This document shows, one piece after another, positions 29,454 through 38,870 of a stretch of DNA of 64,000 bases (position 1 is the stretch's first letter; each line of letters starts with the position of its first letter). The notes beneath the pieces are model-generated. The model saw only the letters and a program-made list of their open reading frames with translations. It did no database searches and was not told the DNA's origin. Position numbers and translations under genes: made by a program. Origin of the DNA: Eledone cirrhosa (taxonomy: Eukaryota). The stretch lies in the NCBI GenBank assembly GCA_964016885.1, contig OZ024747.1, positions 56,606,001-56,670,000 of the forward strand, read 5' to 3'.

Positions 29454-29774
29454 TTTACGTCCGCTTTTCCCTGGTTGCAAGGGTGGGACGGGAACTGATT
29501 CTGGCTTGATTTCTACAGCTGGATGCCCTTCCTAACACCAACCTCATTTACAGTGAGTGCTGGGTGCTTTTTTCCGTGGCGCCTACACGTCCAGTTTACA
29601 GTGGAATGATAGGGACCCCAGTCCCTATCATCTCATTTCTACAGCTGAGTAAACTGGAGCAATGTGAAATAAAGTGTCTTGCTCAAGGAAACAACACATC
29701 ACCCGGTCTGAGAATTGAACTCACAACCTTTCGATTGCAAGGCCAATGCTCTAACCACTAAGCCATGTGCCTCC
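29420..29774 (-). mobile_element. SINE family B with RTE-derived 3' tail and (GAT)n end
   Basis: tRNA-like head at 29774-29700, core, then about 130 bp nearly identical to the RTE 3' UTR at about 3766-3870. Confidence 0.88.
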
Positions 29775-29996
29775 ATATATATATATATAAGTATGTACAC
29801 GTACATACATATATGTATACAGACGTACAGTAGTATGTATATATATATATACATACATGCACACATATATATATATGTACGTATGGATTCACCGAACATT
29901 TATTATAATGCTCGGTGTGTTTGTAAACAAACATCCCGTATTAAGCCGTAGTGTCCAGCAACCATCGTTGCTCATTTGTTCAACACTGACAAAGGA

Positions 29997-30039
29997 ACGC
30001 TGTACTAGTTTCAAGCTTATTAGCTATCGTCAGCAACGT
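29997..30039 (-). ncRNA. Minimal type I hammerhead ribozyme motif (copy 1)
   Basis: ACGUUG-CUGACGA-UAGCU(aaua)AGCUU-GAAA-CUAG-UA|CAGCGU; palindromic ACUAGU. Confidence 0.75.
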
Positions 30040-30467
30040 ATACCTTCCTGCCAGATTGTTGAACGTATATACTTACCTTATGCATATTAACGGCTGAGTA
30101 GCCCAATTTGCATATCGAGTGGGTTAATTGGCCGAGTGACACGAAAACGATAAACGGAAAAAATGAAACAAAATTTCATTTCCCACTCTTAGTACGGCTG
30201 TTACTTAAATATAAGTATGTACACGTACATACATATATGTATACAGACGTACAGTAGTATGTATATATATATACATACATGCACACATCTATATATGTAC
30301 GTATGGATTCACCGAACATTTATTATAATGCTCGGGATGTTTGTAAACAAACATCCCGTATAAAGCCGTAGTGTCTAGCAACCATCGTTGCTCGTTTGTT
30401 CAACACTACTCAGCCGTTAATATGCATAAGGTAAGTATATACGTTCAACAATCTGGCAGGAAGGTAT

Positions 30468-30510
30468 ACGTTGCTGACGATAGCTAATAAGCTTGAAACT
30501 AGTACAGCGT
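30468..30510 (+). ncRNA. Minimal type I hammerhead ribozyme motif (inverted copy 2)
   Basis: Exact reverse complement of 29997-30039. Confidence 0.75.
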
Positions 30511-30734
30511 TCCTTTGTCAGTGTGCTGACTGGGTGCTTTTTGTTGTGTCATCGACACAGTGGACAGAAATGGGAGGATGGGGTAAGGTGTGTGGGTGTG
30601 GGGTGTATATTGGGTTAAGAGGTATATATATAATAATAATAATAATGATACTATTTATAGTTATGTATATACTATAAACAACTATAACTATGTTTATAGT
30701 TGTTTATAGTATATACATAACTATAAATAGTATC

Positions 30735-30801
<67 letters not shown>

Positions 30802-30998
30802 ATAATAATGATACTATTTATAGTTATGTATATACTATAAACAACTATAAACAGGAAAGGTCAGTAATTTCCTACTACCTTATGTCGCATCCATTACACC
30901 CTGTAAATACGAAACTGTTGCTCACAACATCAATATATATGTATCTATATGATTATTCAGTTGAATAGGAGGTTAATTATATGTACAAACATTGATAA

Positions 30999-31045
30999 TG
31001 CTCCGATGACTCCAAACTAAAGTTTGGAAGAAACGATTGTCAGCA
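30999..31045 (+). ncRNA. Hammerhead ribozyme motif with a U4C core substitution
   Basis: UGCU-CCGAUGA-CUCCAAAC(uaaa)GUUUGGAA-GAAA-CGAUUG-UC|AGCA, followed by AUUAAA. Confidence 0.65.
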
Positions 31046-31081
31046 ATTAAATGATTTGAACATAACTTTGATAATTGTGTA

Positions 31082-31115
<34 letters not shown>

Positions 31116-31331
31116 TATTTACGTATCAAGAGAGAGAAAAAAAAGGGGAGGATAGGTGATACATATAGTTATTTGCCAAGTAGCGTATGCCAATGGTGCT
31201 TGATACTAGTGCCGGCAGTATTAAATATTTGAAGTGTTAATATTTAGTGGGCTAGAGAGTTAGCAGAGTGTAAGCACGTGGGAAAGTAAGAAATCAGAGA
31301 ATAGACCGTTAAAACATGTTTATTTAAAACA

Positions 31332-31372
31332 GCACCTACGTACGTTTCGCCCAGTTGGGCTTCTCAAGGGCA
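31332..31372 (-). ncRNA. Hammerhead ribozyme motif with U3-A8 covariant core (copy 1)
   Basis: GCCC-UUGAGAA-GCCC(aacu)GGGC-GAAA-CGUACG-UA|GGUGC; AATAAA downstream. Confidence 0.65.
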
Positions 31373-31647
31373 TAAATAATCAAAAGTGTTCCTTACATTG
31401 CTCGGAAAGAGTTTTGGGGGTTAAATCAACGTCAAGGTTCATTGCTCGCAAAAATAGCTTGTTTTGATTTTGCAGCAGGTCAAGGGAGGTAATTCTGGTC
31501 GGTGTTAGGGCAGTCTTTCCCGGACAAATTTGTTTATCTGCTACGAGATGAGGTTACAACCTTACCATTGTCGATACACATGTAATCAACACTTACTTTT
31601 TCCGTTTATTCTTTCCGAGCAATGTAAGGAACACTTTTGATTATTTA

Positions 31648-31688
31648 TGCCCTTGAGAAGCCCAACTGGGCGAAACGTACGTAGGTGC
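31648..31688 (+). ncRNA. Hammerhead ribozyme motif with U3-A8 covariant core (inverted copy 2)
   Basis: Reverse complement of copy 1, inside a 135-bp inverted repeat. Confidence 0.65.
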
Positions 31689-31742
31689 TGTTTTAAATAA
31701 ACATGTTTTAACGGTCTATTCTCTGATTTCTTACTTTCCCAC

Positions 31743-31804
<62 letters not shown>

Positions 31805-32342
31805 GTCACTCTGCAGTGCTACTGCTAACATGCAACCCAGTACAACTTGTGCATGGTCAGGTTGTTGGCAATGAAACCGGCAACTCCACCAAGCTTGCTT
31901 GGTGGGGTGGGTGATCTTGGACACCTTGTGGGAGGAAAAACAAAACCTGTCACAAGGTCTAAGTAACTCAGAAGAGTCAACAGCCATCCAATAAAGTTTC
32001 TTTTTTTTTTTGTGGACCAAGTGACTCCTAGTCATCATTAAGACCATCTCTCTAGGAGAAGGTCACTCTCATATAAAAGCTGCTACTTCATTTGCATCCA
32101 ATGATGTAAATCAGTTCTTGTTTTGGGGTAAATACATTTGATGTTCAGAGAGTGGGACTGGCTCTGTGTAAAGCCTTTCCTCACTTAAAAAAGCTTCAAC
32201 ACAGGCATCGCTTTGTATGTGACATTTTTCTGCTATGCTGGCCAAAGGTATGTACTTAGGAGGACTAAAAAGCCGCATCTGTAATGCTAATGCTTAAGTA
32301 CCAAGTGGTGGAATTACACAATATCCAGTTGCAGCCATTATG

Positions 32343-32374
<32 letters not shown>

Positions 32375-32946
32375 AACACACACATACATGCTTGCTTTTC
32401 TATGTTTGTATGAGTTAGACAAGTTTTTTTTCACCACAGTATCCCCCCTCCCCACACTCATTCTCTTTCTCTGTGACGTTCAATGATTTGAGGTCAACTC
32501 TATCAAGGTCTTCCTTGGCCTTCCTCTACCATGGATTCTTTCCACTGTAATTTCTTGCCACTTCTGTACCCACCAATTATATAGGGAGATACTGGAGTTT
32601 GTTTTCTGATAGCAACCAATGGCAACTTCCTTTTCTGTCTTTAAGGCTCTTCACCCTATTTTATAAGCTATTTAATAGCATCTCTGTACATGAGCACTCC
32701 ACTGTTTATATATATATATATATATATATATAGATTCAGCGAGAATCACATTTTGGCGGGTAGAAAAGGCGAAACGAAACGCAAAAATCAGAAATAATGC
32801 TGGCAAGCGCTCCATAGTTAAAACAATATGTTAAGAGCTAAACAATATCTTAAGAGGCCATACAAAACTGAAATAGTGGTCAAGAAAGCATCAACCACCT
32901 AAGCCAAAAAGCAAATCAAGCTGAACAGGTCAAAACAAAAAATATG

Positions 32947-32988
<42 letters not shown>

Positions 32989-33123
32989 AAGAGTCAGGGC
33001 CCAACAGCATCTGAGTGCTGAGCTGTTGCCATTTCAACAGCTAGTTCCAGACAGTCTGGAATTAGCTGTTGAAATGGCAACAGCTCAGCTATCCTGTTAT
33101 GACTCATTCTAATATATATATAA

Positions 33124-33196
<73 letters not shown>

Positions 33197-33204
33197 ATAT
33201 TATA

Positions 33205-33785
33205 TATCATCATCATCATCATCACCGTTTTATGTCCGTTCTTCCATGCTAGCATGGGTTAGACGGGTTGCTCTGTTGTGGGCAGTGTCTGGTCGGCTGA
33301 CCATGCCTTGCTCATACAGGAACTGATTTGGCTTGATTTCTACAGCTGGATGCCCTTCCTAACACCAACCTCATTTACAGTGTGTGCTGGGTGCTTCTTT
33401 TTCCATGGCGCCGACACATCCACTTTACAGTGTGGGCTGGGTGCTTTTTTGCCATGGCACCTCCACGACCATCTTGCAGTGGGAGGGTGTGGGGGAATAT
33501 TGTCTATATGCTTCAGCTTGTACTCATGGGAGGTCGGGTACTCTGTATTACTGTTTGACGCCAGAGGTCACGGTCGTGTGTCATCGCCTTTGAGAGGTGT
33601 AATTGGGTAAGGTCAGCTTTTATCTCCCTACTCTGCGGTTTCCATCGACTTCTAGAGCTCTGCACCTTTTTATGCAGCTGTCATCCTTCATACGCATCAC
33701 ATGTCCATACCAACGCAACCGCCTCTCCTGCACACAGCATTTGATTCCTCTTATGCTCAGTCTCTCTCTCAATTCATTTATTGAT
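33205..33785 (-). mobile_element. RTE LINE 3' fragment, same subfamily as 3084-3980
   Basis: Close reverse-complement match to about 3390-3980, with a (GAT)n tail. Confidence 0.9.
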
Positions 33786-34422
33786 ATATATATATATACT
33801 ATTAATTGTTAAATACGAAAGTTTTTGGTCGTATTGAACAGAACAAATTTTGTATTTTTGTTAATCGCTTGTTAAATGCAAGGACCCCATTCAATCATTA
33901 CCTTCTAGCTAGCGTATTTCAAACCTTAATTCCTAACGTATTTTCAAACCTCAATCCCTAATTCTAGCGTATCTTCAAAACAAAAAAAACAAAATCCTTT
34001 CCTTCTTCCTTCTTCGAAGGCATGGGGCGGTCAAACGCCTAACACACACAACCATCATGCGGCCACCCCCCCTCTCTCTCTTTCTATATATATATGATAG
34101 GAATTCACTTCGCCAAATTTCATTGCTTGCTGTCTCAACGCCACGATATTCATGTAACGTAATGTACAGATTTCATTTCTCTCCCTCCACAAATCCTAAT
34201 TCTAGCGTATTTTAATTCTAATTCTAGCGTATTTTCAAAACAATCCATATTTCGTATCAAGTCCAAATAGCCAATCTATCGCTAAAACAAACTACATTTT
34301 CTGTTTCTATTAATTGTTAAATACGAAAGTTTTTGGTCGTATTGAACAGAACAAATTTTGTATTTTTGTTAATCGCTTGTTAAATGCAAGGACCCCATTC
34401 AATCATTACCTTCTAGCTAGCG

Positions 34423-34530
34423 ACCCCCCCCCCCCCCCCACGCACCACCATTGCTATTACGTGGACCAATCATAAAACAGAGCCCCCACGCATCACCAGT
34501 ATTATTACGCGGACCAATCAGAAGCCAGAG
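34423..34530 (+). promoter_or_regulatory. Candidate internal promoter of the RTE: two ~49-bp repeats, each with a CCAAT box
   Basis: ccccacgcaccaccattgctattacgtggaCCAATca and ccccacgcatcaccagtattattacgcggaCCAATca lie just upstream of the ORF. Promoter function is inference. Confidence 0.4.
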
Positions 34531-34573
34531 GCCTATACTATCGCTTGCCTGGTTGCCTTTCGATATATGATGG

Positions 34574-37500
34574 ATGGATGGACTGCGGAATCCTGGAGAG
34601 TGGAGGAGAGAGAGAGAAAAATCTGGACGCTCAGCGACAATGCCAAAGATAAAGACAAATTCACCTCTTGGACGAGAATGCGAGCACTCCTCATTGTTTC
34701 GACCGCGGACGGCTAACATAACCCCATCGCCCCCCGCCCCCCACCGCCCCCAACCCCCAAACGCAATCCAAAACTTCAGAGTTGGTACCATAAATGTAGG
34801 CACCCTAAAGGGTCGCGCTAACGAGGTTGTAGAAATGCTTGAACGTAAGGAGGTCGATGTTTGTTGTATTCAAGAGACCAGGTGGAGGGGTGGGTCTGCT
34901 AGGTTCATTGAGGGTAAAAAACGATGTTATAAGCTTTTCTGGGTGGGAAACGACGATGGGCTGGGTGGAGTAGGAATCATGGTAGCAGAAAAGTGGGCAG
35001 ATAAGATAATAGACGTAAATAGAGTGAACGACAGAATAATTAAAATACGACTTGTCCTCAATAGAACTACGGTGACAGTAATATCTGCGTACGCACCCCA
35101 ATCCGGACTGCCCGGCACTATAAAAGACAGATTCTATGAGACACTGATGCTAACTACCTCCCAAATATCCGACAGTGACTATATAATTATCGCAGGCGAC
35201 CTAAATGGTCACGTTGGACAACATTGTGACGGCTACGACGAAATCCATGGAGGCTATGGGTTTGGTACTAGAAATGAGGAAGGCTCCAGAATCCTGGAAT
35301 TCTGTGATGCAAATAACCTAACTATCTGTAACACTAACTTCAAAAAACGTGACAATCACCTGATCACCTATAGATCCGGGGAACACACAAGCCAGGTAGA
35401 TTATATCCTTACCAGAAGACGTGACAGAGTGTCTGTTGTAAACACTAAATCCCTCCCCCATGAAGAATGCACCTCCCAACATAGACTGATAATTAGCGAC
35501 CTCATAGTCAGGACGAGACGTACTCGACAGCAGAAGAGGACTATCCTCAGGAGAAAAATATGGAAGCTAAAGGACCCCACAGCCAGGAATAAATTTCAAA
35601 GCATATTACTTGATGCTTTCGACAGTAAGGAAGAACATTTAGAGTCGGACAATATAGAGGGAGAGTGGGAATTTCTGAAAGCAAACCTGCTGTTGGCGAC
35701 AGACGAAGTTTGTGGCTGGAGCAGGCCTGTAGGCAGGAGGAGAGTAACATGGTGGTGGAACAGTAAGGTGGAGGGGTCAATTAAGGCCAAAAAGCAGGCT
35801 TGGAAAGTATGGCGGGATGGGAGAAGTAGAGAAGACTATCAAGTGGCCAGGAGGGAAGCTAGGAGACAAGTGTACTTAGCAAGAAGGGAAGCTGAGGAAA
35901 GAAAGTTCAAGCATGTTCTACAACGCGATGACCAAAAACGCGAGGTGTTCAGGATTGCTAGGCAATGCGTCAAGGAAAACCGTGATATTGTCGGGGAGAA
36001 GTGTGTACTAAACGACGATGGCACACTTGCCATCACCGACGCTGATAAGAAGGTAGCTTGGAAGTGTCACTATGAAAGGCTACTAAATGAGGAGAATAAA
36101 TGGGAGAAAGACAGTCTCCCCCATATCGACCCAATAGAGGGACCAGCAGTGTTAGTCGAGGGGAGTATAATAAGTAAGGAAATCAAGGATATGAAGACGG
36201 ATAAGGCGGCTGGGCCTTCGGAAATAGTTGCTGAGATGCTGAAGGCATCTGGCACGGTGGGACACACCATGGTCACCCGCATAGTTAACCAAGTCGTACA
36301 GAATGGGGTTGTTCCGAAGGACTGGCATAGCAGCATCATCGTTAACTGTTATAAGGGTAAAGGAGACGCCCTAGATAGGAGTAACTATAGAGGCATTAAA
36401 TTAATCGACCAGGTCATGAAGGTCACGGAAAAAGTAATAGCGCAACTAATCAGAGAGAGAATTGACCTAGATGAAATGCAGTTCGGGTTTGTGTCAGGCA
36501 AAAGTACCACAGACGCTCTTTTCATAGTACGACAACTACAGGAGAAGTACCTAGCTAAAGGTAAACCCCTCTACTTAGCTTTTGTCGACTTGGAGAAAGC
36601 CTTCGACAGAGTCCCCCGCTCCATTATCTGGTGGGCTCTTAGAAAACTAGGCGTTGACGAATGGCTTGTGAGGGCTATACAAGCCATGTATAAAGAAACA
36701 GTCAGCAAGGTTAGAATTAACAACGAATATAGTGAAGAGTTTAGCGTAAAAGGTGGCGTCCATCAGGGCTCTGTTCTCAGCCCACTACTATTTATTATTG
36801 CCCTTCAGGCTATAACAGAGGAGTTCAAGACAGGCTGCCCATGGGAACTCCTATACGCAGACGACCTGACACTCATAGCGGAATCAATGGCCGAGCTAGA
36901 GAAGAAATTCCAAACATGGAAGCACGGCCTAGAGTCAAAAGGACTTAAAATTAACCTGGCTAAGACCAAAGTACTAGTTTGTAGGAAAGAAAACAAGGCG
37001 GCGGTCCCTTCTGGGAAATGGTTGTGCTCGGTGTGTAGGAAAGGCATAGGTAGAAACTCCATTTTATGTCCTAAATGCAAAGTATGGGTGCATAAAAGAT
37101 GTAGTGGGATCACAGGTAAGCTAACTAAGAACATAGATTTTACATGTGGCCGGTGCTCTGGTGCAATAAGTAGCAGCAAGTGCCCACAAAATACTAGCTC
37201 TTTCAATTGCGCAGAGGGTTCTATAGAAATAGTGGACAGCTTCCGTTACCTGGGCGATAAAATCAGCAGTGGGGGAGGGTGCTCTGAAAGTACAGTAGCT
37301 AGAGTCAGAACTGGTTGGAAAAAGTTCAGAGAGCTTATACCACTATTAGCTGCTAAAGGGTTCTCACTAAAAATGAAAGGCAGGTTGTACGATGCCTGCA
37401 TACGAACAGCAATGCTGCATGGCAGTGAGACCTGGGCATTGTGTGCAGAGGATATACGCAGACTAGAGAGGAACGAAGCTTGCATGCTCCGCTGGATGTG

Positions 37501-37810
37501 TAACAGTAATATACGTGAACGGCAAAGCATAAACGAACTAAGGAAAAAATTAGAGATAAGAGGGATCAGATGTTGTTTACTCGAGAGAAGGCTACGTTGG
37601 TATGGACACGTGATGCGCATGAAAGTCGATAGCTGTATAACAAAGTGCAGGGCAATAAAGATAGACGGTAGTCACGGAATAGGCAGACCTAGAAAAACCG
37701 GGGACGAGCTGATAAACTCCGACATCACACACTTACATCTCTCCAAGACAATGTCACTGGACCGAGACCTTTGGCGGTACTCAGTAACAGAGAAGACCCG
37801 CCTTACCTAA
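34574..37810 (+). CDS. RTE-clade non-LTR retrotransposon ORF (APE endonuclease + reverse transcriptase + PHD-type zinc finger), uninterrupted, 1078 aa
   Basis: APE motifs GTINVGTL, CIQETRW, SAYAPQ, AGDLNGHVG, VDYIL, SQHRL. RT motifs YRGIKL, QFGF, FVDLEKAFDRV, GVHQGSVLSPLLF, LLYADD, FRYLG. RTE C-terminus RRLRWYGHVMRM..GRPRKT. No stops or frameshifts. The true start could be the ATG at 34640. Confidence 0.95.
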   Translation: MDGLRNPGEWRREREKSGRSATMPKIKTNSPLGRECEHSSLFRPRTANITPSPPAPHRPQPPNAIQNFRVGTINVGTLKGRANEVVEMLERKEVDVCCIQETRWRGGSARFIEGKKRCYKLFWVGNDDGLGGVGIMVAEKWADKIIDVNRVNDRIIKIRLVLNRTTVTVISAYAPQSGLPGTIKDRFYETLMLTTSQISDSDYIIIAGDLNGHVGQHCDGYDEIHGGYGFGTRNEEGSRILEFCDANNLTICNTNFKKRDNHLITYRSGEHTSQVDYILTRRRDRVSVVNTKSLPHEECTSQHRLIISDLIVRTRRTRQQKRTILRRKIWKLKDPTARNKFQSILLDAFDSKEEHLESDNIEGEWEFLKANLLLATDEVCGWSRPVGRRRVTWWWNSKVEGSIKAKKQAWKVWRDGRSREDYQVARREARRQVYLARREAEERKFKHVLQRDDQKREVFRIARQCVKENRDIVGEKCVLNDDGTLAITDADKKVAWKCHYERLLNEENKWEKDSLPHIDPIEGPAVLVEGSIISKEIKDMKTDKAAGPSEIVAEMLKASGTVGHTMVTRIVNQVVQNGVVPKDWHSSIIVNCYKGKGDALDRSNYRGIKLIDQVMKVTEKVIAQLIRERIDLDEMQFGFVSGKSTTDALFIVRQLQEKYLAKGKPLYLAFVDLEKAFDRVPRSIIWWALRKLGVDEWLVRAIQAMYKETVSKVRINNEYSEEFSVKGGVHQGSVLSPLLFIIALQAITEEFKTGCPWELLYADDLTLIAESMAELEKKFQTWKHGLESKGLKINLAKTKVLVCRKENKAAVPSGKWLCSVCRKGIGRNSILCPKCKVWVHKRCSGITGKLTKNIDFTCGRCSGAISSSKCPQNTSSFNCAEGSIEIVDSFRYLGDKISSGGGCSESTVARVRTGWKKFRELIPLLAAKGFSLKMKGRLYDACIRTAMLHGSETWALCAEDIRRLERNEACMLRWMCNSNIRERQSINELRKKLEIRGIRCCLLERRLRWYGHVMRMKVDSCITKCRAIKIDGSHGIGRPRKTGDELINSDITHLHLSKTMSLDRDLWRYSVTEKTRLT

Positions 37811-38213
37811 ATATATAGTAAAACCTACTCCAGCCAGTAGGCATCTCTAACAAAATACACCCCGTCCCACCACCACCACCCCCACCCCATCCACACCACC
37901 CCGTTCTATGTAAAGTTATGTTGGTGCCGCGCCATCGAGGCCGAAACAAATGAGATCGTGTAGGTGTCACGACAAAAAACACACAGTCCACGCTGTAATG
38001 TGGCCGTGTAGGCAACACGGTAAAAACCTCCCAGACCCACACTGTAAATGTGGTTGGTGTTAGGAAGGGCATCCAACTGTAGAAAACCTGCCAGACAGTC
38101 CTATGCGAGCAAGACAATCACTCTTGCCTCAAGTGGGACTACCCCCGTCCAAACCCATGTAAGCGTGGAACACGGACGTTAAACGTTGATGATGATGATG
38201 ATGATGATGATAT

Positions 38214-38329
38214 AATATGTTGAAAAGGTAACACACTAGAGAGAGATATACAGTGCGCTATCAATAAAACATGTTTTATTGATAGCGCACTGTATATCTC
38301 TCTCTAGTGTGTTACCTTTTCAACATATT
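38214..38329. repeat. Perfect 116-bp spacerless palindrome
   Basis: 58-bp arms centred on aataaaaca|tgttttatt. Confidence 0.95.
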
Positions 38330-38480
38330 GTATTTTAAAGGATTTCTTCTCCTTTGAGCACATTATTTACAGGGAATGGCGAGGGTCTATGGCTCCATTA
38401 ATTTATCGTGATATATATATATATGTATATGTATATATGTATGTATGTATGTATTTATATATATATATATGTATGTGTAC

Positions 38481-38511
<31 letters not shown>

Positions 38512-38514
<3 letters not shown>

Positions 38515-38870
38515 CCAGTAGGCATCTCTAACAAAATACCCCCCCCCCCCCATCCACACCACCCCCTCCTATGTAAAGTTATGTTGGTGCCACACCATCC
38601 AGGCCGAAACAAATGAGATCGTGTAGGTGTCACGACAAAAAAACACACAGTCCACGCTGTAATGTGGCCGTGTAGGCAACACGGTAAAAACCTCCCAGAC
38701 CCACACTGTAAATGTGGTTGGTGTTAGGAAGGGCATCCAACTGTAGAAAACCTGCCAGACAGTCCTATGGGAGCAAGACAATCACTCTTGCCTCAAGTGG
38801 GAAAACCCCCCGTCCAAACCCATGCAAGCGTGGAACACGGACGTTAAACGTTGATGATGATGATGATGAT
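38512..38870 (+). mobile_element. Second copy of the RTE 3' UTR only
   Basis: Near-identical to 37832-38211; bounded by (TA)n. Confidence 0.9.

Larger units (their letters stand above)
29787..30524 (-). mobile_element. Non-coding Penelope-like / retrozyme-like insertion: partial tandem of a 424-bp unit plus an inverted hammerhead segment
   Basis: Direct repeat 29787-29987 / 30211-30407; inverted repeat 29983-30101 / 30406-30524. Confidence 0.7.
31110..31744 (-). mobile_element. Penelope-like pLTR remnant with an inverted terminal copy
   Basis: Perfect 135-bp inverted repeat 31276-31410 / 31610-31744 containing the hammerhead; (TA)n on both sides. Confidence 0.7.
33799..38211 (+). mobile_element. 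Apparently full-length RTE LINE (5' region, ORF, 3' UTR, (GAT)n tail)
   Basis: ORF above; 3' UTR shared with other copies in the window; (GAT)n tail at about 38188-38211. The 5' boundary is uncertain (33799 after (TA)n, or about 34423). Confidence 0.85.

Noticed and set aside
32840-32890. cttaagaggcc...gaaatagtggtc in a unique island between (TA)n tracts
   Set aside because: The core has a G5 mismatch and stem II is not convincing; it could be a decayed relative but cannot be supported.
34417-37620. Antisense ORFs overlapping the RTE and other LINE fragments
   Set aside because: Shadow frames of the LINE coding strand with no independent motifs.
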